From the NCBI GenBank assembly GCA_035342095.1, contig DAOQWL010000007.1, positions 25,015-89,014 of the forward strand: a DNA stretch of 64,000 nt. The letters are read 5' to 3'. Source of the stretch: Sedimentisphaerales bacterium (GTDB lineage Bacteria > Planctomycetota > Phycisphaerae > Sedimentisphaerales > Anaerobacaceae). The position numbers and the translations under genes were made by a program. Under the pieces are notes generated by a model. It ran no database searches. It was not told the DNA's origin and saw only the letters and a program-made list of their open reading frames with translations. How positions within the stretch are numbered: position 1 is the stretch's first letter; each line of letters opens with the position of its first letter. Positions 25,504-35,296 of the stretch are shown one piece after another.

Positions 25504-27303
25504 ATGTCGAGTCGTGGGGAACAGAAATGGCTTGGGCTCTTGTCTTGGGCGATCGGTGTGGTTGTGGTTGGGACCGCCTGGGGCCAGCCGGGGCAGTTCA
25601 CCAAGATCGTGCTCGACAAGACGTTCCGGTCGGAGGGCGTGGGCGTCGCCGATGTCAATCACGACGGCAAGCTCGACATCCTCGCGGGCGAGGTCTGGTA
25701 CGCGGCGCCGGACTGGCAGATGCACGAGATCCTGCCGCCGGGAAAGTATGATGGCAACACCGGTTACAGCAAGACCTTCGCGAACTACACGTGCGACGTC
25801 AATCGTGACGGCTGGGTGGATTCGGTCATCACGACGATGATGGGCGAGCCGTCCTTGTGGTATGAGAATCCGCGGAACCAGCCTGGACACTGGAAGGTCC
25901 ACAAAGGGACCCGCAGTGCGTGCAACGAGACGCCGCTTTTCGCCGATCTCCTGGGCGACGGCAAGCCCGTCGCGGTCTGGGGCGTGCAGCCGGAGGGGTA
26001 CATCGCCTGGTTCAGCATTCCCGAGGACCCGTACAAGGAATGGGAGATGCACATCCTCGGCGGTCCGAAAGCCCCCGGCAGCGAGCGGTACGACCACGGC
26101 CTGGGCGTCGGCGACCTCAACGGCGACGGCCGCAACGACGTGCTCGTGACCAAAGGCTGGTGGGAGGCGCCGCAGGACCGCAAGCAGGAGCAATGGAGGT
26201 TCCACGAGGTTGATTTCGGCCCGCCGTGCGCGGACATGGTCGTCTACGATCTCAACGGCGACGGCCTGAACGATGTGATCACCAGCTCCGCCCACAACTA
26301 CGGCATCTGGTGGTTCGAGCAACTGCCCGGTTCCAACGCGGAGCGATTCCACCTGCAGGACATCTGCAAGACCTTCTCGCAGGTCCACGCGATCCGCCTG
26401 GCGGATATGAACAACGACGGCATCCTGGACTTTGTGACAGGCAAGCGGTACTTCGCCCACTGCGGCAACGATCCCGGCGCCCGCGAGCCGGCGCTGCTGG
26501 TCTGGTTCGAGATCCAGCGGCCCGAGAAGGGCAAGGTGAAGTTCGTCCAGCACGTGATCGACGACGACTCCGGCATCGGCACGCAGTTCGAGGTCGTCGA
26601 TATGAACGGCGACGGGCGGATGGACGTCGTCACCGCGAACAAGAAGGGCGTTCACCTGTTCCTGCAGGCTGGGGAGAAGATAACGCCTGACGGCCCTGGA
26701 TCAAGTCCGGGGCAGGCACCCCCTGCAAACGCAGGGGGCACTGCGAACCCGCTGTTTGACGGCAAGACCTTCGCGGGCTGGGAGGGCAATCTCGACTGGT
26801 TCCGCATCGAGGACGGCGCCGTCGTCGCGGGCAGTCTGAAGAAGGCGGCGCCGCGCAACGAGTTTCTGTGTACGACGAGGGCCTATGCGGACTTCGAGCT
26901 GCATCTGAAGGTCAAGCTGCTCGGGGACCTCAATCAGGCGAACGCGGGGATTCAAATCCGCAGCCGGCGGATTCCCAACCACAACGAGGTTTCCGGCTAC
27001 CAGGCGGACATGGGCCAGCAGTACTGGGGGTGCCTCTACGACGAGTCGCGGCGCAACAAGGTCCTGGCTCAGCCCGACGCGGAACTGCTGAAGAAGGCCC
27101 TGAAGGCGGGGGAGTGGAACGACTACGTGATCCGCTGCGAGGGCCGACGCATCCAGTTGTCGCTCAACGGCGTACAGACCGTCGACTACACCGAGCCCGA
27201 TGAGTCCATCGAGCAGGCCGGCGTGATCGGGCTCCAGATCCACGGCGGCCCGCCCGCCGAGGCGTGGTACAAGGACATCCGGATCGTCGAACTCGCCCGC
27301 TGA
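25504..27303 (+). CDS. FG-GAP/VCBS repeat protein with C-terminal DUF1080 (3-keto-disaccharide hydrolase-like) domain
   Basis: Repeated DVNHDGKLD / DLNGDGRND / DLNGDGLND / DMNGDGRMD motifs. C-terminal FDGKTFAGWEG...IQIHGG...YKDIRIVEL. GGAGG lies 8 nt upstream of the ATG. Confidence 0.8.
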   Translation: MSSRGEQKWLGLLSWAIGVVVVGTAWGQPGQFTKIVLDKTFRSEGVGVADVNHDGKLDILAGEVWYAAPDWQMHEILPPGKYDGNTGYSKTFANYTCDVNRDGWVDSVITTMMGEPSLWYENPRNQPGHWKVHKGTRSACNETPLFADLLGDGKPVAVWGVQPEGYIAWFSIPEDPYKEWEMHILGGPKAPGSERYDHGLGVGDLNGDGRNDVLVTKGWWEAPQDRKQEQWRFHEVDFGPPCADMVVYDLNGDGLNDVITSSAHNYGIWWFEQLPGSNAERFHLQDICKTFSQVHAIRLADMNNDGILDFVTGKRYFAHCGNDPGAREPALLVWFEIQRPEKGKVKFVQHVIDDDSGIGTQFEVVDMNGDGRMDVVTANKKGVHLFLQAGEKITPDGPGSSPGQAPPANAGGTANPLFDGKTFAGWEGNLDWFRIEDGAVVAGSLKKAAPRNEFLCTTRAYADFELHLKVKLLGDLNQANAGIQIRSRRIPNHNEVSGYQADMGQQYWGCLYDESRRNKVLAQPDAELLKKALKAGEWNDYVIRCEGRRIQLSLNGVQTVDYTEPDESIEQAGVIGLQIHGGPPAEAWYKDIRIVELAR

Positions 27304-27352
27304 AGGAGCGCGCGAGCGCACCGATGACGGTGACGAGAGGGTCCGTGTGTGC

Positions 27353-27460
27353 GTCATCCTGAGCAACGCGAAGGATCTGGCCTGGGCGTGGAAGATGCGT
27401 ATCGACTTCGGACGCCACGTTCTCTACCGGGCCCAGATGCTTCACTTCGTTCAGGATGAC
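27353..27460 (+). repeat. MITE/REP-like element, copy B (intact 21-nt terminal inverted repeats)
   Basis: GTCATCCTGAGCAACGCGAAG ... CTTCACTTCGTTCAGGATGAC (17 of 21 complementary). Core is 86% identical to copy A. Confidence 0.75.
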
Positions 27461-27492
27461 AGAAACCGCGCAAGTATCGATGCGAGTCCGCA

Positions 27493-28515
27493 TCAGAGGT
27501 GCGTCCGTAGCCAGTCCATGGTTTCCCGCCACATGTCGCGGGTGTAGGCGTGTCCTACGCCGGGGTAGAGCCGCCCGCGGAAGTTCTCGGGCAGGCCGTG
27601 GAGGCGATAGAGGTGCTCCTGGAAGGCGTTGATGGTCTGCACGCCGTCGACGGGGGAGCCTTCGTCGCGGTCGCCGGTCAATGTCAGCAGCGGTCGCGGG
27701 GCGATCAGGCCCACGACCGATTCCGCGTCGATTCCTTCCCTGAGCATGTTCGGGACATAGTAGTAGATTCCGTGGGCGTTGACTGCGCCGCGGGCGATCA
27801 GGTTCTGGTACCGCGTCAGGCAGGCGACGCAGACGGCCACTCTGATGCGGTCGTCCAGTGCTGCGAGCCACCAGGTCCGCGTCGAGCCCATGCTCACGCC
27901 CATCGCGGCGATCCGGCCCGGATTGACCTCGGGTCGCGACGCCAGGTAATTCAACGCCAGCATGTCGTCGCGGACCATCATTCCCCAGAGCGTTCGTCCC
28001 TCCCAGAGGAACGTCTTGAACAAGGCGGCTTCGACGGCGGCCCCGTGTTCTTTTCCGCCGGCGGGCCCCTGGAAACGGCGCTCGCCGAAGCCATAGGCGT
28101 CGATGCACAGGACGACGTATCCTGCCTGCACGAGCTGCTCGCCGGTGGCGAAGCCCAGGTCCGGATGCACCCGGGTGAGGATCTCATCCTTGCCCAGCTC
28201 ATAGTCGTCCGCGTGCCAGTGATTGTAGAGGACGGCGGGTCCGGGTTCCGTGCGCCCCGCCGGGATCAGGATCAGGCCGTATACCGTGTCGCCGACGCCA
28301 TTGTCGAATGCGAACCGCTCGACGATGCAGTCGTGTCTTGCGTCCGTGTCCAGCACGCTTGCCTGGGGCACGAACAACGACGGCCAATCCCCGAGGAGCC
28401 GTCGAATCGTTCGGTCGAGTCTGGCCTTGTCACGGTCCCACTGCGCCGCACCCGTCGGTCGTGCGGTCTGGAACGCAGGGAATCGGCCCTTGAGGGTGTG
28501 CGACGCGTCCAGCAT
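27493..28515 (-). CDS. Alpha/beta hydrolase (dienelactone hydrolase / acetyl esterase-like)
   Basis: Nucleophile elbow GVSMGS and C-terminal GVGHAY histidine region. ATG at 28515. Confidence 0.75.
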   Translation of the reverse strand: MLDASHTLKGRFPAFQTARPTGAAQWDRDKARLDRTIRRLLGDWPSLFVPQASVLDTDARHDCIVERFAFDNGVGDTVYGLILIPAGRTEPGPAVLYNHWHADDYELGKDEILTRVHPDLGFATGEQLVQAGYVVLCIDAYGFGERRFQGPAGGKEHGAAVEAALFKTFLWEGRTLWGMMVRDDMLALNYLASRPEVNPGRIAAMGVSMGSTRTWWLAALDDRIRVAVCVACLTRYQNLIARGAVNAHGIYYYVPNMLREGIDAESVVGLIAPRPLLTLTGDRDEGSPVDGVQTINAFQEHLYRLHGLPENFRGRLYPGVGHAYTRDMWRETMDWLRTHL

Positions 28516-28605
28516 AAGCGACTCCAGCCTGTGTGTCGGTTCCGAGGGACCGGATGGCCCATCCTCGCCTATGATAGTCCGGGGACAGACCGTGGGCAAG
28601 GTCGC

Positions 28606-29025
28606 TCAGATACAACTGAAGTGATGCCCGCCATGCAGGACGCAATCGATGGCAGGCAGCAGGGTCTCGGTGGCCCGCTGTTTCTCGACGAAGCCGGCGG
28701 CGCCTGCGCCCGCGGCTCGAGCGCCGTAGACGGCCTCCTCGTGCATGGAGAGGATCAGCACGACGAGATCGGGGTGCTCCGACTTGAGCATGCCGGTCAA
28801 TTCGATGCCGTCGGTCTCGCCAAGCGAGATGTCGACAATCGCCAGATCGAACGGCTGTCGCCGCGTGATTTCCAGGGCCTGTTTCGCGTCAGCCACCGCC
28901 GAAGGGACGGCAAATCCCGGTCGCTGTTTGAGCATCTCGCAAAGCCCGTCTCTCATGATACAGTGATCATCGACCACCAGGACTCTCGTCCGGGCGGGCA
29001 CGCCTTCATAACTGGACACGCTCAT
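28606..29025 (-). CDS. Stand-alone receiver domain (NarL-type response regulator lacking the HTH)
   Basis: VLVVDDH...DLAIVDISL...VLILSMH. Paralogous to the N-terminal half of the 29472-30158 regulator. Confidence 0.8.
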   Translation of the reverse strand: MSVSSYEGVPARTRVLVVDDHCIMRDGLCEMLKQRPGFAVPSAVADAKQALEITRRQPFDLAIVDISLGETDGIELTGMLKSEHPDLVVLILSMHEEAVYGARAAGAGAAGFVEKQRATETLLPAIDCVLHGGHHFSCI

Positions 29026-29093
29026 CACATCCCCTGGTGCAGATACGACGGCCTTTCCCGCGACCGTGGTCCGCGTCCTGTACCCAGATCGCC

Positions 29094-29414
29094 TCATGCC
29101 ATCGACAAGTCGACAAGAATTCGTTCCAGAATGGCGTCCAGGAGATCATCCCGATCGTACCAGCCTTCCGCCAACCTGCGTCGAACCATCCGGATTCGAT
29201 TGGCGCGTCGTTCCACCTTCACGTCGCGGCCTCTGCCCACGAACTCTCCGATTCCGATCATCTCTTCCGTGCATATGGCCTGCATCGCTGTGTCCTGCCT
29301 ATCCTGTCCGACGATATCCAAACCTGGGCCTCCTTGCCCCCTTCGCCCACATACATACTCAGGATACAAAACCCAGGCAGAATAAGGAATCGGGGCGGAA
29401 GCTGTATTTGTCAT
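29094..29414 (-). CDS. Small FlgM-like (anti-sigma-28 family-like) protein; start uncertain
   Basis: C-terminal RIRMVRRRLAEGWYDRDDLLDAILERILVDL resembles the FlgM C-terminal signature. An internal ATG at 29285 would give about 62 aa. Confidence 0.4.
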   Translation of the reverse strand: MTNTASAPIPYSAWVLYPEYVCGRRGQGGPGLDIVGQDRQDTAMQAICTEEMIGIGEFVGRGRDVKVERRANRIRMVRRRLAEGWYDRDDLLDAILERILVDLSMA

Positions 29415-29471
29415 AGGCTGGACGGCCTGACCCGCTATCGGGTTTTCCCCGATGGTAGTTGGCCGGGCGAT

Positions 29472-30158
29472 CTAGCGTTGCAGTTCCGTGTTGACCCATC
29501 GGATGGCCGAGCGCAACAACTCGCTGGCGTCCTGCAGGCCGAGCTTGTCTTTGATGTGCGCCCGATAGGTCTCGATCGTCTTGACGCTCAAGTGGAGTTT
29601 ATCCGCCATTTCCCGCGTGTTATAGCCCTCGCCGAGCATGCGGAAGACCTCGAGTTCGCGATCGCTGAGGCACTCGACGGGCGAGCCCGTCTTGCCGGGC
29701 CCGCCGACGAGCTTGCTGACCATCTTGGCGGCCATGCCGTTGCTGACGTAGACCTCGCCCGCCAGCACGCGTCGGATCGCCGTGACGACCTTTTCCGTGG
29801 CCTCCTGCTTCATGATGTATCCGCGCGCACCGGCCCGCAGCGCTCGCTCGCCGTATACCGTCTCATCGTGCATGGACAGCGTCAGGACGGGCAGATCCGG
29901 ATACTGGATCTTCAGATCCTTGATGAGTTCCACGCCGCTCGTCTCTTTGAGCGAGATGTCCACGATCACCATGTCGGGATCGGATTCCCGAATGGTCTGC
30001 ATCGCCTCGTACGCGTCCTCCGCCTGGCCGCAGACCAGCAGGTCACTTTCCTGGTTGATCAACTGCGCAAGCCCCTGGCGCACGATCGGGTGGTCATCCA
30101 CGATCACAATCGTTCGTTTGCTGCGACGATCAGTGCTGGGTTGCGTCCGTTGCGACAT
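29472..30158 (-). CDS. NarL/FixJ (LuxR-type) response regulator
   Basis: Receiver (IVIVDDHPIVRQGL, DMVIVDISL) plus LuxR HTH (LSDRELEVFRMLGEGYNTREMADKLHLSVKTIETYRAHI). Confidence 0.9.
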   Translation of the reverse strand: MSQRTQPSTDRRSKRTIVIVDDHPIVRQGLAQLINQESDLLVCGQAEDAYEAMQTIRESDPDMVIVDISLKETSGVELIKDLKIQYPDLPVLTLSMHDETVYGERALRAGARGYIMKQEATEKVVTAIRRVLAGEVYVSNGMAAKMVSKLVGGPGKTGSPVECLSDRELEVFRMLGEGYNTREMADKLHLSVKTIETYRAHIKDKLGLQDASELLRSAIRWVNTELQR

Positions 30159-32265
30159 TCTTTTTCGCCCCTCTACGCCTCTTGGGCCCGACATCGAACT
30201 CGCAGGTGACCCGCGTGCCGCCGGCAAGACCCTGCGTGATGCTCAGTATACCACCAATCACCTCGGCGCGGTAGCCCATCGCCTGCAATCCCATGCCCTT
30301 CTTCTTGGCGGGGCGTTTCGGGAATCGGCGGCCATCATTGATGATGGACAGGGTGGCCCGACGGTGGTCGGCAGCGAGCGAGATGGCAATGTGCCTGGCT
30401 TTGCCATGGCGAATAGCGTTGGAGACGGCTTCCTGGGCGATGCGGTAGAGGTGCACCGCCACCGAGGCGTCGCGGACCAGGACGGGCCTGTCGCACTGGA
30501 ACGTGCATGCCACGCCGGAGACGGTCTCGGTGCTCGCGGCCAGCGATTGCAGCGCCGCCATCAGGCCGTTCTCGTCGAGTGTGACCGGGTGCAGGCCTCG
30601 GGAGAGCTGTCGCGTCTCCTCAATTGCCCGGCTCGTGAGGCGCGCCAGTTCGCCGGCTCTCGCGGCCTCCTCGGGCAACCGGGAGACCAGTCTCTGCTGC
30701 AGCACCTTGCTCATGATCGCGATGCCGGTGAGCTGCTGACCGAGGCTGTCGTGCAGCTCTCGTCCGATGCGCGTCTGTTCCCTCTCGATGATCCCGAGGA
30801 TCTCCTTCTCGAGGTATTTGCGGCGCTGCATTTCCAGGCGAAGATGTTCGTTGGCTTCGGTCAGTTCCGCGGTTCGTTCGAGGACCCGGCGTTCCAGATC
30901 CTCGTTGAGCTTGCGAATCTCGATCTGGGCCCTCACGCGTTCCGTGATGTCCCGAACGACCCCGACCATGCGGATTGCCTTGCCATTCGGGTCGCGGACG
31001 ACGTCGCCTGTCTCGGCGACCCATCGCACGGTTCCGTCCGGCCAGATGATGCGATGCTCGATCCGGTAGTTCTCGTGACGATCCACACAGGCACTGATGG
31101 AATTGACGACGCCTTCCCGATCCTCGGGGTGAACGGACTCCAAGAATGCCTCATAGGTGCCCGGGAAGGCGCCCCGTGCCAATCCGAACATCGGCTCGAT
31201 CTGTTCCGACCAGAGGAGCTTGCCCGTCGCGAGGTTCCAATCCCAGCACCCTATGTTGGCGGCCTTCTGGGCGAGCGAATACCGCTCCTCGCTGGCCTTC
31301 AGGGCGGTCTGCCTGCGCATCCTCTGGATGGCCAGCGCATACAGCTTGGCCATGCGCTCGATGGCGTGGAGGTCTCTGGCCGAGTAGTCCCTCGTGGAAT
31401 TGGCCAAGGCGATCTGTCCAACGACCTGTCCCCATACGACGGCCGGTACGGTCAGGAAATTCCTCACGGGGATGTGCCCCGCAGGCAGGCCCATCGACGC
31501 GGGGTGTTCCCCCGGCGCATTCGTGTAGAAGCCCATGGCTGTATTCAGCGCATGGCCGAACAACCCCGGGTAGAGGCCGTCCGGACCGGGCGGGGTGGTG
31601 ACGCCCTTCCTGTTCTTCACGCGGCACTCTCGCCCCATCATGCCGGTCAGGGTGTGGCCGACGTTGCCACCCGTATCGGGGTCGATGGAGGAGACATACC
31701 CGTGCTCGCTGGCGGTCAGCCGACGGGCCTGTTCCAGGACGGTCTCGGCCACCTCCTCCAGCAAGAAGGACGGATCGATCAGGGCGTCCGCCAGTTCGAC
31801 GAGGGCCTCGTCGACCGCCATTTCCCAGCGATAGTCCTCGATGATGCGACGGTACTCTGTGATGTCCACGCAGTATTCGATGATCTGGGCCACGCGCCCC
31901 TGGTTATCGAGGATCGGGAAGGCGTGAACTTCGACCGTATGGCAATGGCCCTGGGCGTCCTGGTGGACGTGTTCCACCGTGACGGGCGCCCCCGTTTGTC
32001 GAATGAGTTCCAGCGGGCAACGCTGCCCCTCGCGGTCGCAGGGCTGCTCCCGCCGATGTGTCAGGCCATGGCAGGTCCAGACTCCCGCATCGTGCATCTG
32101 CCGGGCAGCTCGATTGGCCAGCAGAATCCGATAGTTCGACGCGTCGACCACATAGAACGGGTAGGGAAGCGAGTCCAGGACGGTCTGGAGCAACAGCGTC
32201 TGAGCCTGCCCCTCGCTGGAGGCGGAAGGTCCCGCATCATGGGCAAGTCCTTTGTCCTCAGCCAT
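30130..32265 (-). CDS. Multi-PAS sensor histidine kinase (HisKA_3 / NarX-DegS type)
   Basis: PAS repeats (RIEHRIIWPDGTVRWV), H-box GRELHDSLGQQL and HATPase_c. Its 3' end overlaps the regulator start by 29 nt. Confidence 0.9.
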   Translation of the reverse strand: MAEDKGLAHDAGPSASSEGQAQTLLLQTVLDSLPYPFYVVDASNYRILLANRAARQMHDAGVWTCHGLTHRREQPCDREGQRCPLELIRQTGAPVTVEHVHQDAQGHCHTVEVHAFPILDNQGRVAQIIEYCVDITEYRRIIEDYRWEMAVDEALVELADALIDPSFLLEEVAETVLEQARRLTASEHGYVSSIDPDTGGNVGHTLTGMMGRECRVKNRKGVTTPPGPDGLYPGLFGHALNTAMGFYTNAPGEHPASMGLPAGHIPVRNFLTVPAVVWGQVVGQIALANSTRDYSARDLHAIERMAKLYALAIQRMRRQTALKASEERYSLAQKAANIGCWDWNLATGKLLWSEQIEPMFGLARGAFPGTYEAFLESVHPEDREGVVNSISACVDRHENYRIEHRIIWPDGTVRWVAETGDVVRDPNGKAIRMVGVVRDITERVRAQIEIRKLNEDLERRVLERTAELTEANEHLRLEMQRRKYLEKEILGIIEREQTRIGRELHDSLGQQLTGIAIMSKVLQQRLVSRLPEEAARAGELARLTSRAIEETRQLSRGLHPVTLDENGLMAALQSLAASTETVSGVACTFQCDRPVLVRDASVAVHLYRIAQEAVSNAIRHGKARHIAISLAADHRRATLSIINDGRRFPKRPAKKKGMGLQAMGYRAEVIGGILSITQGLAGGTRVTCEFDVGPKRRRGAKKNVATDATQH

Positions 32266-32563
32266 ACGCAGAGTCCCTCATTCCAGTCCCGGCGCGTCCG
32301 CCTCTCGGTTGCATATGCCGCGGGACGCCGGGAATTCCACATCCGGCCACCAGACGGCCTGGCCCCTATGATATGCGCAGAGGCCATCGAATCAATGGGA
32401 AACCACAATTTCGGTTCCGTGATCCCGAACCGGCGGAATCCAATCCGGACACTTGTCAGCAAACCCGGAATGGACTATGCTCCTGCATGGTCTGCCAGGA
32501 CGCCGAAGCGTCGGCAGAGGTCAAAGAGATCGGTAGACGGATTAGGCAAAAGGGAGGTTGAGC

Positions 32564-33829
32564 ATGAACCTGAAGGTGATTGTGCTGGTGGGCATCTTGT
32601 TGGGGATTGCCGGTTGTGCGACGGACGGCGCAAAGGAGACATCCCAGGCGGGCAAGGCGAAGACCGTGGCGACCGCACAGAAGAGCGGATTCGCCGATGA
32701 CATCGACTTCCTGCAGACGCACACGGACGTCCTGATCCTGAAGGACCGGTCGGGAAAAGGGCAGGTGGCCGTTCTCCCGAAGATGCAGGGTCGCGTGATG
32801 ACCAGCACGGCCTCCGGCCCGGACGGCCTGAGTTTCGGCTGGATCAACCGCGAGCTGGTCGCCTCGGGCAAGTTCATCGAGCACATGAACGGCTTCGGGG
32901 GCGAGGACCGCTTCTGGCTGGGACCCGAGGGCGGGCAGTTCTCCATCTTCTTCGCGCCGGGCGTCGAGCAGACCTTCGAGAATTGGTTTACGCCGGCCGC
33001 CATCGATACGGAATCGTGGACGCTGGCCTCCAAGTCCGCACACGCCGCGACACTGCAGAAGACCATTCAGATGAAGAACTACTCCGGGACGCAGTTCGAC
33101 CTGCGGGTGGATCGGCAGATCCGAGTCCTCGACCGTGATGCGGCTCTCAGGATGCTCGGGGCAACGGCGGATCCCGCCGTCGAGATGGTAGCCTTCGAGT
33201 CGAGCAACAAGATCGTGAACACCGGCGCGAATCCCTGGACCAAGGACACCGGCCTGCTCTCCATCTGGATCCTGGGCATGTTCACGCCCTCGCCCGACAC
33301 CACGATCGCGATTCCCTTCAAGGAGGGGCCGGAGAGCGAGCTGGGTCCCGTGGTCAACGACACCTATTTCGGCAAAGTGCCCGCGGAGCGTCTGGTCATC
33401 AAGAACGGCGTGATCTTCTTCAGCGGCGACGGCCGGTATCGCAGCAAGATCGGATTGTCGCCGCAGCGAGCCAAGAACGTCGCAGGCAGCTACGACGCCG
33501 GCCACCGCGTTCTCACGATTGTGCAGTACAGCAAGCCCGAGGGAGCCGCGGACTACGTCAACTCCATGTGGCAGAAGGTCCAGGACAAGCCCTTCGAGGG
33601 CGACGTGGTCAACTCCTACAACGACGGGCCGGCTTCGCCCGGCGCCAAGCCCATGGGGCCGTTCTACGAACTCGAGACGTCGTCTCCAGCGGCGGCTCTG
33701 GTCCCGGGAGGCAGTATCCTGCACACGCACCGGACCTTCCACTTCGTCGGCGAGGAGTCCCATCTGGATGCCATCGCAAAGGCCGTCCTAGGAGTCGGTG
33801 TTGGGCAGATCAAGGTCGCGCTGCCATAA
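32564..33829 (+). CDS. Hypothetical lipoprotein
   Basis: MNLKVIVLVGILLGIAGC lipobox. No catalytic motif recognised. Confidence 0.6.
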   Translation: MNLKVIVLVGILLGIAGCATDGAKETSQAGKAKTVATAQKSGFADDIDFLQTHTDVLILKDRSGKGQVAVLPKMQGRVMTSTASGPDGLSFGWINRELVASGKFIEHMNGFGGEDRFWLGPEGGQFSIFFAPGVEQTFENWFTPAAIDTESWTLASKSAHAATLQKTIQMKNYSGTQFDLRVDRQIRVLDRDAALRMLGATADPAVEMVAFESSNKIVNTGANPWTKDTGLLSIWILGMFTPSPDTTIAIPFKEGPESELGPVVNDTYFGKVPAERLVIKNGVIFFSGDGRYRSKIGLSPQRAKNVAGSYDAGHRVLTIVQYSKPEGAADYVNSMWQKVQDKPFEGDVVNSYNDGPASPGAKPMGPFYELETSSPAAALVPGGSILHTHRTFHFVGEESHLDAIAKAVLGVGVGQIKVALP

Positions 33830-33884
33830 CTTATGTGTCCGTGTCTGAAACCGTCAGGGGAGTCGAGGGATTGTGGGTTATTGC

Positions 33885-35285
33885 ATGAACCATCGGTTGT
33901 GCACGCTGGTGGCGGTCCTCGGATTGTGCGGGGCCGCAGGCGCTTCGCTGTCGCAGCGCATTCAGAAGATCGTGGATTCGCAGAAGGCCTCCGACTATTC
34001 CATCCATGTGGTGGACCCCGGTTCGGGGGCCAGCCTGTACGGCTACCTGTCGGACAAACCGCTGATCCCGGCCTCCAACATGAAGCTCGTGACCACCGCG
34101 GCGGCCCTGAAGTATCTCGGGCCGAACTTCGAGTACAGGACCCGCGTGGGACTGTACAACGGCTCGCTCATCGTCCTTGGCTGCGGCGATCCGATCCTGG
34201 GCGATGCCGTGACCGACCGCAAGTACGGGCGGCCCAGCGGCTGGATCTTCGAGAAGATCGTGGGGGCGCTCCGCGAGCGGGGCGTGTCCGAGATCAACGA
34301 CATCGTGATCGACACGACGGTCTTCGATGACGAGCGTGTACATCCGAGCTGGCCCGCCAAAGACCACAACAAGTGGTACGCCTGCGAGGTCTGCGGCCTG
34401 AACTACAACGTCAACTGCATCGAGCTGACGACCACGAACGTCGGCGGGAGCGTCGCCATCCAGGTCGAGCCCAAGACCACCTTCGTCGAGATGGCCAACC
34501 AGGTCGAGGCCATCTCCTCCGGCGACAGCGCGGTCGGCTCCCATCGAACGGTCCAGCCAAACAGGATCGTGGTCTTCGGCAAGTGCAAGACCAGGGACGG
34601 CCCATTCAAAGTAGCCATCGAGAAGCCCGCCGCGTTCTTCGGCTTCTTGCTGGCCGAGCAGCTCGCCCAGGCCGGCATCTCCGCCAAGGGCAGACTGATC
34701 GAGGGGGCATTCGTCGAAACCGAAGCGTTCCAGCCGTTGGTGGAGTTCGTCACGCCGTTGTCGGATGTCCTGAACCGAGCCAATACCGATAGTCTCGGCC
34801 TGGCCACTGAGGCCCTGCTCAAGACGATCCACGCACACAGTCTGCCGACGCGAAAAGGCGGAAGCTGGGCGGGGGGACGGGAGTTGATCGCTCGATACCT
34901 CATGGACCTGGGGGCTTCCGCCGACCAGTTCAAAATCGACGACGGCAGCGGATTGAGCCGCCAGAACCGGCTCACGACCCACATCCTCACGCGTCTGCTT
35001 CTCGACCAATATCGGGGCGCCAACTGGCCGCTCTTCCAGGTGTCTCTGGCCGTGGGCGGGGAAGAGGGCACCATCGACAGGTACTTCAATGAGCCGCGGT
35101 ACCAGGGCAAGATCCATGCCAAGACGGGCTATATCAGCGGTGTGAGAGCCCTCTCCGGCGTCTGCCTGACGGACGCCGGGCCGTACCTGTTCTCCATCCT
35201 CTCCAACGGGCCCAAGGGTCTCAGCCGCGACGCGATCAACGACGTCGCCAAGGCGATCATCGACGAGTACAGAGCCGCCAACTGA
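33885..35285 (+). CDS. dacB: D-alanyl-D-alanine carboxypeptidase/endopeptidase (PBP4, peptidase S13)
   Basis: SxxK motif PASNMKLVTTAAAL, KTG motif HAKTGYISG, and a signal peptide. Confidence 0.85.
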   Translation: MNHRLCTLVAVLGLCGAAGASLSQRIQKIVDSQKASDYSIHVVDPGSGASLYGYLSDKPLIPASNMKLVTTAAALKYLGPNFEYRTRVGLYNGSLIVLGCGDPILGDAVTDRKYGRPSGWIFEKIVGALRERGVSEINDIVIDTTVFDDERVHPSWPAKDHNKWYACEVCGLNYNVNCIELTTTNVGGSVAIQVEPKTTFVEMANQVEAISSGDSAVGSHRTVQPNRIVVFGKCKTRDGPFKVAIEKPAAFFGFLLAEQLAQAGISAKGRLIEGAFVETEAFQPLVEFVTPLSDVLNRANTDSLGLATEALLKTIHAHSLPTRKGGSWAGGRELIARYLMDLGASADQFKIDDGSGLSRQNRLTTHILTRLLLDQYRGANWPLFQVSLAVGGEEGTIDRYFNEPRYQGKIHAKTGYISGVRALSGVCLTDAGPYLFSILSNGPKGLSRDAINDVAKAIIDEYRAAN

Positions 35286-35296
35286 CAACCGACGGA

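Noticed and set aside
29782-32700. 972-aa plus-strand ORF spanning the kinase/regulator region
   Set aside because: It is antisense to clearly recognisable PAS-kinase and LuxR-regulator genes. Its composition is low-complexity with no motifs.
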